32,000 bases of DNA from an uncultured bacterium. Its GTDB lineage: Bacteria > Auribacterota > JACPWU01. The notes below the pieces were generated by a model. That model did not search any database, had not been told where the DNA came from, and worked only from the letters and a program-made list of their open reading frames with translations. Below, in pieces: positions 10,001 through 14,600 of the stretch. The translations under genes were made by a program, and so were the position numbers. Every line of letters starts with the position of its first letter. Position 1 is the first letter of the stretch. The stretch covers positions 104,189 through 136,188 of the forward strand of contig CAZXEQ010000003.1 of NCBI GenBank assembly GCA_964640155.1, given 5' to 3'.

Positions 10001-13000
10001 AGGTACGGTGGCCAATCTGTAGAAGAGGGCTTGGCTGTTCTGGCTCGTGCTTCACAGCTTGGAAAGGCTGTAGCTTTGGTGGGTGAACCGGGTGTCGTAA
10101 AAACTACTTTAACGGGACATTTTGCAGAAATTACAGGGAGGAAATATTATAAGTTTCAATCTCATAAAAAAAGTCGTGTGGAAAATCTTACATTTGAAGT
10201 AGAGCAGGAAGCAGATGGGACTTTCCATAAGAAAATTCAAGAGCTTTATCAATATCTTCGCGAAGGAAATGTAGTCATTGATATTGATGAAGCGAATGCT
10301 CAACCCGAAATTCTTTGGCTTTTAGGTCCTGTCTTAAGAGGTGAAGAATGGATTTATCCCATTTTTCCAGGAGAGCCTCCTTTTAAAATAGGCAGAGGAG
10401 TACAACTTGTATTTACCTATAATCCAGCTCATTTTTCAGGTCGAAGTGAAATGGATAAGCGCATTTTAGATTTAATGATTGTGGCATGGCTTGAACCTCC
10501 TAAAAAAGAAAATAAACCAGCTATTACTGAAACTTTCTGGGGTGTTTGGGCTGAAAAAGTTGCAAAAGTTGAAGAAGATAAGTTTCCTCAAAGATTTGAA
10601 GTTCATGTACCACCGGTTGAAATGCCGGCTGATTTAGCAAAAGATGTTGGTTATGATCATGCAAGGATTCATGAAACGATTACTTCTTTTGATCAAACTA
10701 CGAATCAAACAGATAAAGTAGACATTTTCTTGAAAGTTTTACCTGAATACTTTTTAGCTTTGGCTAATCGGGATGGAGCTAGATATGATCAAGACATGCT
10801 CCGTATGGCTGCTATTTTAGATGGATTTTTAGCAAGGTCAGGTCAGGAAAGCAGAATCGTTAGAGATCTTGAAGTTCTACAAAAAGAATATCATCGCTCT
10901 TCTCCCGACAAAACTCGATTACGCTACGGCATATTAGAATTTAGAAAACATTTTTTAAAATTTGATCGGCATTTGATTATTTTTATGTTCACTCCCAAAA
11001 ATCGTACAGTTCCATTTTTGCGCATTTATCCCAATAAGATTTTAGATCGAATCACCCTTTCACATAAAGAAGGATGGGAAACCAGTGGAGAAGCTCTGGT
11101 GATTGAAGGACATGGATTGGAGAAAGGAAATAAGATGGGCTATTTTGATGGAGAATATGCTCTCGTCAATACCCCTAAGACAGGAGGCGTAAAGCATATT
11201 CAAACAGAATGGACGGCCCACCATGAATTAGGGCATCGAAATGATCAAGCCCCGCATAAAACAATTCCTAAAAATATTGAAATGAACTCTATGCTCAGTC
11301 CACTTATGCATTCTAGAGAAAAGAAAAATTATATTGAGGAAGAATTGGCTGGTTGGGTGTCGAGTGGACAGAACAATTCTTATTATACTCAAGCATCAAA
11401 AGGAATATTGAATGGGCTTGTACAAAGATGGTGGGAGTTGAATAAGACAACAGGGAGACCTCCTCAAATTGATGATGTATTTGCAGATGCTGATATTAAA
11501 GCAGTATTAGATTTGGTTCTCACGATGGATGAAGCGACATTAGAAAGTTTAGCTCTTTATCTTTACGATCATCCTAGATATCTAGAAAGCGGCCAAAAAG
11601 GGGCTTATAAACAACGCGTGTCTACGGGAACTGCAGAGCAGGGGGGTGGAGAAGAAGAAATTATGGAAGGAGTGGATGGAGAAATTGAAGTCGATGTTGA
11701 AATGGTGGAAGGAGGAGCCACTCCGGAAGTAAATGTATCAAACCCAGAAGGTTCGGATACGGTTCAAGAAACGAGTGGTGAAAATCTAACTCCTGAAATG
11801 GAAGCTCGTCGCCAAAAAGATTTAGAAAAACAACATCGCAAAACTGAAGACCTGAAGAAAAAGTTAGAAGAAGAAACAAAAGCCTCTGGAACGGAATACG
11901 ATCAAATGATCATGGGAGGACAAGGTCAGGCTGAAAGCATTTTTGACAGGATATTACGCGCGTTTCGATCTAAACGTAAAACAATTACCATTCGTTTAAG
12001 ATCCGGTTTAGAAGTAGATCCTATTGCTCATATGCTCAGACTCTATAATCGATTTATCAAACGTGAAGAAGTTTTTGACATGCAAACACATGCTGTTTCT
12101 GTTTTGATGGATTTTAGCGGAAGTTTGGCTCCTTTTAAGAAACAGATAGCCTATGCGGTGCGGGCGATTGGAGATAATTTTTGGAAATTGAAATGGGCAG
12201 CTTCTCGCCATTTTTATTTTGATTTATCGTTTTATACAGGAGCGGATCCCGTTACTATGATGGAAATGGGCAGGCTTTATTCAGAATCAGAATGGAAAGA
12301 TAATTGTGTCAAAATGGGAAGACAAATCGGAGATGGAGACAATAATTTACTCAATGCTCTGAGCAAAAAATTGAAGGATTTCGTAGGGTCAGATGTAAAA
12401 GCGGATGTACGCCGGGCAAAGCTTAAAACTTTGATTTTGTTTACGGACGGTCAAGATACTGCAATTATCGGTGGTGATAAACCCATACCTTCAAGAGAAT
12501 TTCAACAGGAGTTAAATCGGTATCGCGCTTTAGGAATAGAAATTTTTGCGATCGGATTTGGAGCAGGGGCAAAGCCTGTTGAAGCTTTTCATGGAAAAGG
12601 ACAACATTTTATCAAGATCGGTGCCCAGCGTCCTTATGATGTACCGGAAGTCATTGCAAAAATTATGGAAGCAAGATCGCGTGGATTAGGAATGATTCCT
12701 GATGGAGATGTCACTCATTTTTTTGGAATTGATGAGAAGGGTGCTCCTCAACTTACGCCAGAAGAAACACAAGCATCACCACAGTCTTTTTCTTCGTCTT
12801 CGCCAAGCTCTACTGGGGGAGGCTCATTTGCACGCATGCTTCCTCCTGAAGCCAGTGTTGCGCAAATGGTTGTAAGTGGTTCAAAAGTCATAGAATCTTT
12901 GCCAGGTTCAGAACGCTCAGGAGCCACTCGTGTTATCGTTGATGCCATAGCTGAAAAAATGAGAGCTGCTTCGGATTATGCTCATAGTGTTGTAAGGGGA

Positions 13001-13063
13001 CTGCCTTCGACTCAATCTAGAAAAGTATCCTCAAGAGAAGTTGTTTTAGATCAGGCTGCTTAG
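2..13063 (+). CDS. Giant multidomain protein, 5'-partial (>4,350 aa visible): >=6 tandem WD40-like 7-bladed beta-propeller modules, 3 AAA_5 (MoxR/midasin-type) ATPase modules plus one vestigial P-loop, acidic linker, C-terminal VWA/MIDAS domain
   Basis: One frame is open from nt 2 to the TAG at 13061-13063. The track start (GTG at 26) lies inside a propeller blade: nt 2-25 translate LHPLRALG, continuing into VLSDGRIVAGG, which matches the blade consensus. The ORF therefore continues upstream of the window. Motifs read from the translation: Walker A GGPGGGKT (7706-7729), Walker B VYVVDE (7922-7939), Walker A GEPGVVKT (10082-10105), Walker B VVIDIDEA (10271-10294), MIDAS DFSGS (10110+2000 region, exactly 12110-12124). 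Confidence 0.9.
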   Translation, partial: LHPLRALGVLSDGRIVAGGTWGKMTVYNPSDPKDEGESLSGYDGTIHDIQVLPDDSIVVVGAGGYVKKFELKAGSTPQSLGRYYQYDGRQIIYKTRRLSNGHYVVVGEGGAIKICDPNYPDSEPILVGHYGKDVHALEILPDDTIVVGGDGGEILAFEPKENAKPHKFGNYGNDINMIRYSPADGKILIGGRNGVLAFIEKEMVGVMCSEKDFVSPMGKKYSLDQVSTDQAKVFIPIPHVTDENFSSAVTRLQAEIKTAEGAEKKRLAEVLMHVLRKGKPAQRKDGSPIDTLGDDKHSVPLSFPKAFIGNPLEDKKWIQSQQKKEELGVGDVFKTEGVFVERVSISDRSRTITTQAVLPDGRIAYGFADGWVELWDPKKPHLGFKRIGQYAVGRGNQEITVLKVVAGKLLIAGKAGYLEVWDPEQPTQKPWCLGDYKEEIYAIEELDGEIFVGGKGAVIRYWTLEDLKNKKEIQGEVLGQYGHEFSSVFSFLVVDGKLVIGGGVQLEFWDSQEPEKKIQSTAMHEGATHALQYLDGKIVALDSSGHIRYWDKSSLYAQESQVPYPIGEYGMKAEAMKVLDGKLYVGGYGGELKVWDPESSRKGLHNIFQYQNDEGAKPGTMNYITTISYLEIVNGRLSIIGSSNGVGGVTLLEFSPTGVVNSKNTFRSLKSGVEHPLSKISSEEVTVLTPAPQVDHENLSKEVESRQMKMRTLQEQDFKGRTDLALELAYIAREHGDKAEWIEIETKKEDLKVGEIFEAEVCAGIERQFLHPYPGKIRAQALLPNGELVVGGERGELWIYNTGDLNAIPRKFKFRYPAEIHAIKVLKDGRVIVAGKAVDYISKVWIYDPIHTDARPIQIKHYSGGDVYALELLNNSLVAIQEKNEIKIYDPDKPDQEAKKFSSPCAGGAEIMRLLKNGLLAVGKGASGGDVEIFDPAHLEKPSKEFVYRYGDVAAIESLNEKELAVAGLTTGGFGKIKIYNLENYDAEPQEFSFPYPGQVYALQAWGDDYLVAAGSSGVVLLYDRWDLKKDPVELGHLDIEEKQKLKRIIFSLQVSPEGQLSVAGGNGIVKIFDLKNRGIVRDQNSFVSIATGKVHPLDSVVSDAVTARSILPSINPENLADEIKRRENEIRTTNDEREKTRLAKEIEFLVKKYGKEMKWFEMESEKEKLREGDIFKTEVMNKTFLDPDGIGCEGVALPNGQIVIIKLRELRFYNPNHPEAPIKTIKTEKAINRIELSANGNLVLYEAGDVIEIYDPIQYTRLNLIQFPGSADVDDLQYLPDERLIVRERRGDILIYDLQNIESEPYHLKRGYPFSSATQVLPNGQLLVRENKKLRLYQLPSREVMRARVESMLAWHASKWKTPMPEWDDSLTELGKDDSMMACVILPNGNIAIGTYEGQIKIYDIQNLKKGDVPPPPTRFAYFKGKIIEMALLSPTRLVVARENGLLEMYDLTRPDLPPKPLGNFGGEILSLSVLKDGRLMVTGEGGKVEFLEFSITGILLRDKTFRSFATGQTYDVSNIVSDAVMTLHPIPYIDPENWKEEVEKRIHEMKLAQSEHEKKRWGLEAVHIVREHADKMECDKKDLKPGDVFEMRAMIQQKNDSKDTVFTQAILPDGRVVYGDEGELKIYHPDAPHELFQSIPFSQFDSVQDLQVVENKLYMIDRNANPYLYLYDFSESGKGVQRVKHEFNNGKIYGVWSLNGKIYVANDKGEIYVCDFSEGPLKFKPLENGKTEMFVDSMQWLNGKLYVSGHTEDGSMVAISMGLTTTYRHVKVYDPDHPQQGFRDIKVMGKNDVSFSNLQVLDGKIYMGVSGKGLTVFDPQKPDDGFLLLNGCEYRHSIRHVRVMNGKLVMAGEKEILIYDHKNPSLGLQKLAEITEFIFSLEVYDNTRIAVGLGNQQILLKIDAIGMVMEGEKFVDVESGREYALQDVCGERVAVHLSIPAITSENFVDEVKRRQAQMVTESDERERRCLAEELKRVLGKDFSEKGWTPEEKVKEALMPGDVFKVDVIAKTLIEGDGVDIWTGIVLKDGRVAVAKGDKVFIHNPQKPEAHPIEIPATHLVRAIEELPDGRLVVSGVSEMVTIHNTLTPNRYVQFTHLYGDEVNAIKLLPNDLLAVAGRSGKILIYDLKDLTRRPYELKKDDNRTIFVLEVLPNGTLFVADYMGRASIYSIPGQEVFNQQSMESQTTPDYLIAELETYGIPKLGGLECTSIHSCALLPDGTLALGGDGGEIFIYDVSKVRKGERPPKPKRLINFGGNIRAMTYLSPHHLVVAGASGAVKIYNLNHPELPPREIFSYGNWVKTLKVLEDGRLLIAGFGGEAVILELNVLGLMTGDKTFESLQTGESYRLDDVQSSKVQRLEVKETVSRNVVSSRVPRRSIGGRGDLVDGIASSADKSASLAMTESEQKTKITEALDAPFTPKYPSLPFYFALGEDGIVYLNYQGRWYPTKHKAVTSRQSSVVSENNSETIYYETVIPAKAGIQTSLDPGSRSHLARLSGMTKQKVRLLQLSDIVHPLERMDSRLKPSGMTGGERTLIPRDFLMETEVLKGVEASVLKAFQRGWAVDLEGGPGGGKTSMAREVALLLGLPSYVFQMHGQRTLSDWIGGYSEDGKGHLTRNNLPNDEGHFRQELLEAITHGGVYVVDEGAVGKKGRELLNWLAPLLRALRTRGDGRKIFLHEFPTLAKELGIETPLEISLDFHLVITNNKAGETQAREVMKSEVATEVVYVDVDEDDGPETLQRLFLHFTQDLGVDATIKENLAKHLSEFHWALKERIGKDLGVDDKDRHYLSKREIRRAARLMRWAHSQNSEADPVFDFYVSLRIAYESMFTHAWEKDEVERILREKIENIESGSYERVTKKFDTLKEKAFGKTVRSKIVTGPELEEAFLTKMSMEAGEPVLLLGELGARVSDVVRRVSEELNAEVNIIDADPQQSRQEILGGPFPDVRQGSSKNIAHILGKLVQHLMTKEQMEALESAGEKLHPQVLWIRNIDLWSEDLRTALNGFLEDGYIRLEKGDGTIETYYRPSHVHIIADMGSESIQDFSSAFFNRWVKIGISRENPPEDWIYSKPEVLGMLSKKAEKQAEQLIVAVRDAKVLLPMEGGFYRFNPELNLENFPQSLKGEKIYTQFLRSLKTKNQLSDFEKVLVNRFGMSLREAEDLTRLYVSLMDIDSAQGAQRWKGEAHYGFGPTLFYALAESIQMAKREDSKILALERQLREQYDVNFEHVLIHGPPPGSSTDAIDLYKAYISALKKMMAEEILRIIGTRLKPLDRPDFEQLLHSTLDLEVPPGLNTSVHTTTGTLEGQVTRIGNVALQAREGAKGPLEVSKDHRVRYGGQSVEEGLAVLARASQLGKAVALVGEPGVVKTTLTGHFAEITGRKYYKFQSHKKSRVENLTFEVEQEADGTFHKKIQELYQYLREGNVVIDIDEANAQPEILWLLGPVLRGEEWIYPIFPGEPPFKIGRGVQLVFTYNPAHFSGRSEMDKRILDLMIVAWLEPPKKENKPAITETFWGVWAEKVAKVEEDKFPQRFEVHVPPVEMPADLAKDVGYDHARIHETITSFDQTTNQTDKVDIFLKVLPEYFLALANRDGARYDQDMLRMAAILDGFLARSGQESRIVRDLEVLQKEYHRSSPDKTRLRYGILEFRKHFLKFDRHLIIFMFTPKNRTVPFLRIYPNKILDRITLSHKEGWETSGEALVIEGHGLEKGNKMGYFDGEYALVNTPKTGGVKHIQTEWTAHHELGHRNDQAPHKTIPKNIEMNSMLSPLMHSREKKNYIEEELAGWVSSGQNNSYYTQASKGILNGLVQRWWELNKTTGRPPQIDDVFADADIKAVLDLVLTMDEATLESLALYLYDHPRYLESGQKGAYKQRVSTGTAEQGGGEEEIMEGVDGEIEVDVEMVEGGATPEVNVSNPEGSDTVQETSGENLTPEMEARRQKDLEKQHRKTEDLKKKLEEETKASGTEYDQMIMGGQGQAESIFDRILRAFRSKRKTITIRLRSGLEVDPIAHMLRLYNRFIKREEVFDMQTHAVSVLMDFSGSLAPFKKQIAYAVRAIGDNFWKLKWAASRHFYFDLSFYTGADPVTMMEMGRLYSESEWKDNCVKMGRQIGDGDNNLLNALSKKLKDFVGSDVKADVRRAKLKTLILFTDGQDTAIIGGDKPIPSREFQQELNRYRALGIEIFAIGFGAGAKPVEAFHGKGQHFIKIGAQRPYDVPEVIAKIMEARSRGLGMIPDGDVTHFFGIDEKGAPQLTPEETQASPQSFSSSSPSSTGGGSFARMLPPEASVAQMVVSGSKVIESLPGSERSGATRVIVDAIAEKMRAASDYAHSVVRGLPSTQSRKVSSREVVLDQAA
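859..931. repeat. Two 8-bp-stem palindromic hairpin units lying in frame inside linker 1 of the giant ORF
   Basis: ATCCCCGA(859-866)/TCGGGGAT(876-883) and ATTCCCGA(907-914)/TCGGGAAT(924-931), both perfect inverted repeats read directly. They encode ...SPIDTLGDDKHSVPLSFPKAFIGNP..., a ~30-aa stretch with no counterpart in linkers 2-5. Confidence 0.7.
1001..2272 (+). repeat. Super-repeat module 2: 7-bladed WD40-like propeller plus linker 2
   Basis: Seven blades, each ending in W/Y-D-like dipeptides (VELWDP, LEVWDP, IRYWT, LEFWDS, IRYWDK, LKVWDP, TLLEF). Linker: GVVNSKNTFRSLKSG...DHENLSKEVESRQ...LKVGEIF (GEIF at 2261-2272). Confidence 0.75.
2273..3529 (+). repeat. Super-repeat module 3: 7-bladed propeller plus linker 3
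   Basis: Seven blades (LLPNGELVVGGERGELWIYNT ... SPEGQLSVAGGNGIVKIFDL). Linker: GIVRDQNSFVSIATG...NPENLADEIKRRE...LREGDIF (GDIF at 3518-3529). Confidence 0.75.
3530..4774 (+). repeat. Super-repeat module 4: 7-bladed propeller with a ~40-aa insert between blades 4 and 5, plus linker 4
   Basis: Blades LPNGQIVII..FYNP ... LKDGRLMVTGEGGKVEFLEF. Insert: PSREVMRARVESMLAWHASKWKTPMPEWDDSLTELGKDDSMM. Linker: GILLRDKTFRSFATG...DPENWKEEVEKRI...LKPGDVF (GDVF at 4763-4774). Confidence 0.75.
4775..6016 (+). repeat. Super-repeat module 5: 7-bladed propeller plus linker 5
   Basis: Blades with an [DN]GK[IL][YV] signature as in module 2 (LNGKIYVANDKGEIYVCDF, LDGKIYMGVSGKGLTVFDP, MNGKLVMAGEKEILIYDH). Linker: GMVMEGEKFVDVESG...TSENFVDEVKRRQ...LMPGDVF (GDVF at 6005-6016). 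Confidence 0.75.
6017..7110 (+). repeat. Super-repeat module 6: 7-bladed propeller with a blade 4/5 insert as in module 4, and a truncated linker 6
   Basis: Blades LKDGRVAVAKGDKVFIHNP ... LEDGRLLIAGFGGEAVILEL. Its last three blades align with module 4 (KGERPPKPKRLINFGGNIRAMTYLSPHHLVVAG vs KGDVPPPPTRFAYFKGKIIEMALLSPTRLVVAR). Linker 6 starts normally (GLMTGDKTFESLQTG). The helical ...EN...E..R...GD[VI]F half is missing and the hairpin-rich spacer stands in its place. Confidence 0.7.
7125..7587. repeat. Cluster of five palindromic hairpin units (same stem family) lying in frame between the propeller array and AAA-1
   Basis: Perfect stems: TCCCCCGA(7125-7132)/TCGGGGGA(7140-7147); ATTGC..AGCCGAT/ATCGGCT..GCAAT (7169-7206); ATTCCGGC(7427-7434)/GCCGGAAT(7439-7446); ATCCCGGA(7461-7468)/TCCGGGAT(7493-7500); ATTCCCGA(7563-7570)/TCGGGAAT(7580-7587). 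The region is visibly more GC-rich than its surroundings and is open in several frames on both strands (track ORFs 7072-7260-, 7299-7484+, 7425-7607-, 7481-7681-). Confidence 0.7.
7640..8420 (+). other. AAA_5-type ATPase module 1 (intact Walker A/B) of the giant protein
   Basis: GGPGGGKT (7706-7729), hhhhDE VYVVDEG (7922-7939), sensor-1-like VITNN, and a downstream lid helix LSKREIRRAARL. These match the MoxR/CbbQ/midasin AAA_5 pattern. Confidence 0.75.
8695..9175 (+). other. AAA-like module 2 with degenerate nucleotide-binding motifs
   Basis: PVLLLGELGARVS replaces Walker A (no GK[ST]). VLWIRNIDLWSEDL replaces Walker B. A C-terminal SSAFFNRWVKI resembles the AAA_5 '..A...RF..i' end. Probably a non-hydrolysing module. 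Confidence 0.5.
9692..9718 (+). other. Vestigial P-loop-like motif HGPPPGSST (possible remnant of another AAA module)
   Basis: VLIHGPPPGSSTD resembles hhhhGPPGxGKT but lacks the Lys. No Walker B is recognisable downstream. Confidence 0.25.
10028..10503 (+). other. AAA_5-type ATPase module 3 (intact Walker A/B)
   Basis: AVALVGEPGVVKTTL (Walker A 10082-10105), VVIDIDEAN (Walker B 10271-10294), sensor-1-like LVFTYNP, and terminal DKRILDLMIVAWLEPP. Confidence 0.75.
11641..11885 (+). other. Acidic D/E-rich segment followed by a K/E-rich helix, immediately upstream of the VWA domain
   Basis: GGGEEEIMEGVDGEIEVDVEMVEGGATPEVNVSNPEGSDTVQETSGENLTPEMEARRQKDLEKQHRKTEDLKKKLEEETK, read directly from the translation. 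Confidence 0.8.
12085..12680 (+). other. C-terminal von Willebrand factor A (VWA) domain with a MIDAS motif
   Basis: VSVLMDFSGSL (DxSxS at 12110-12124), LILFTDGQDT (~12431-12460) and IFAIGFGAG match the canonical VWA strand/MIDAS pattern. Confidence 0.8.
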
Positions 13064-13180
13064 CTCTCGTATTCTTCTCCAAATAAAATCAAATGCAAAA
13101 AAATGAAGGCCGCGGTAGAATATCTTTTATATTATTTCTAAGCCTCTTCTCTAACCATATATTTAAGAAGGACTTTTTAA

Positions 13181-14566
13181 ATGGCACATCTTTATCACCT
13201 TGCAGTGATTGGCTCAGGACCTGGTGGGACGGCTGCAGCGATTCGTGCGGTTCAGCTGGGCTTTAAGGTTGCACTTATTGAGAAGGATCAATTGGGAGGC
13301 GTGTGTCTCAATCGAGGATGTATTCCCTCTAAAACCCTTTTTCATTCTGCGCGGCTTTATGAAATGATGGGTGAGGCGAATGCCTATGGTCTTCAATGTG
13401 AAAAATTGAGTTATGACTATACAAAGGTTGTGGATCGTACCCGCAAGGTGATAGACCGACTTGGCAAAGGATTAGAATTTTTATTTAAGAAAAATAAAAT
13501 AGATGTGTTTAAAGGTCAGGCGCATATTACAGGCCCTAATAGCATTTTGATTGAACCTGAAAAAAGATTGGAAGTTGATAATATTCTTCTTGCAACGGGA
13601 ACAGCTGTGAAAGAAATTTTAGGCTTTAAAGTTGATGGCAAATTTATTCTTTCCAGTGATGAAGCTCTTACTCAAAATAAAGTTCCTCGCTCTGTTTTTA
13701 TTTTAGGTGGAGGTGTTGTGGGTGTTGAATTTGCCTATTTTTATAGAGCCATGGGGGCCGAAGTAACTATTTTAGAAGCTCAAGCAAGACTTCTTCCTGG
13801 ACTTGAAACCGAACTTGGGATGGAGCTGGAAAGAGTTTTTAAGAAAAAGGGAATTAAGGTTCTAGCGGGATGTCGTGCTGCAAAAGCTCAAATAGAAGGA
13901 ACGGTGGTGCGGATTAGTTATGAAGATAGAGAGCGTGCGCAAAAAGAGATTTTTGCCGATCAAGTATTGGTAGGAGTGGGGCGAAGGGCTCTATCTGAAA
14001 GTTTAGGCCTTGATGCGGTAGGAGTTCAGACACAAGATGGGTACATTCGCGTGAATAAAAGTTATCAGACTTCTGTTCCATCTATTTTTGCAATTGGAGA
14101 TGTTATTGGAGCACCTCTTTTAGCTCATGCAGCTTCAGAAGAGGGTAAGGTTATGGTTGAGATGCTGAAAGGGAAAAGGTTAGAAGGAATTGATCGAACT
14201 CACATTCCTAATTGCGTTTATTCACATCCTGAAGTTGCAAGCGTGGGGCTTTCCGAAGAAGAGGCCAAGGCTCAGGGCTTTATTGTCAAAATTGGAAAAT
14301 TTCCGTTTAGGGCTTCAGGGAGAGCTTTGGCTGAAGGGCATGACGATGGTTTTGTGAAAGTAGTTGTGGATGCCAATTCTGGAAAATTATTGGGTGGACA
14401 TATTCTGGGTGAGGGTGCGACAGAGATGATTGCGGAGTTAACCATGATGCGTACTTTGGGTATTTCTGCAGAAGATATGTCAAAAGTCATTTTTGCTCAT
14501 CCTACATTGTCTGAAGCGGTGTATGAAGCTTTGATGGTGTCGCAAGGTAGAAGTATTAATTTATAA
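13181..14566 (+). CDS. lpdA: Dihydrolipoyl dehydrogenase (E3 component)
   Basis: FAD-binding GSGPGG, redox-active disulfide GGVCLNRGCIPSK, NAD-binding GGGVVGVEFA, C-terminal HAHPTLSE. 461 aa. AAGGA about 8 nt upstream of the ATG. Confidence 0.92.
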   Translation: MAHLYHLAVIGSGPGGTAAAIRAVQLGFKVALIEKDQLGGVCLNRGCIPSKTLFHSARLYEMMGEANAYGLQCEKLSYDYTKVVDRTRKVIDRLGKGLEFLFKKNKIDVFKGQAHITGPNSILIEPEKRLEVDNILLATGTAVKEILGFKVDGKFILSSDEALTQNKVPRSVFILGGGVVGVEFAYFYRAMGAEVTILEAQARLLPGLETELGMELERVFKKKGIKVLAGCRAAKAQIEGTVVRISYEDRERAQKEIFADQVLVGVGRRALSESLGLDAVGVQTQDGYIRVNKSYQTSVPSIFAIGDVIGAPLLAHAASEEGKVMVEMLKGKRLEGIDRTHIPNCVYSHPEVASVGLSEEEAKAQGFIVKIGKFPFRASGRALAEGHDDGFVKVVVDANSGKLLGGHILGEGATEMIAELTMMRTLGISAEDMSKVIFAHPTLSEAVYEALMVSQGRSINL

Positions 14567-14600
14567 TAATTTTGATGTTTGATTTTTGGATTTTCTAGAT

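Noticed and set aside
3753-12948. About 17 short ORFs (60-98 aa) listed by the track within the giant gene: all minus-strand (e.g. 3753-3944, 4502-4798, 5939-6181, 9134-9388, 11661-11879, 12748-12948) except one off-frame + strand ORF at 7299-7484
   Set aside because: All lie inside a long ORF with strong, periodic protein-level signal. Their translations are low-complexity or hydrophobic with no motifs. Such antisense or off-frame ORFs are expected by chance in AT-rich coding DNA.
13064-13180. Rho-independent terminator after the giant ORF (CCGCGG palindrome near 13111-13118)
   Set aside because: It is only a 6-bp self-complementary site with no loop and no following U-tract, so it is not a convincing terminator. 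I could not identify a clear terminator or promoter in this 117-nt gap.
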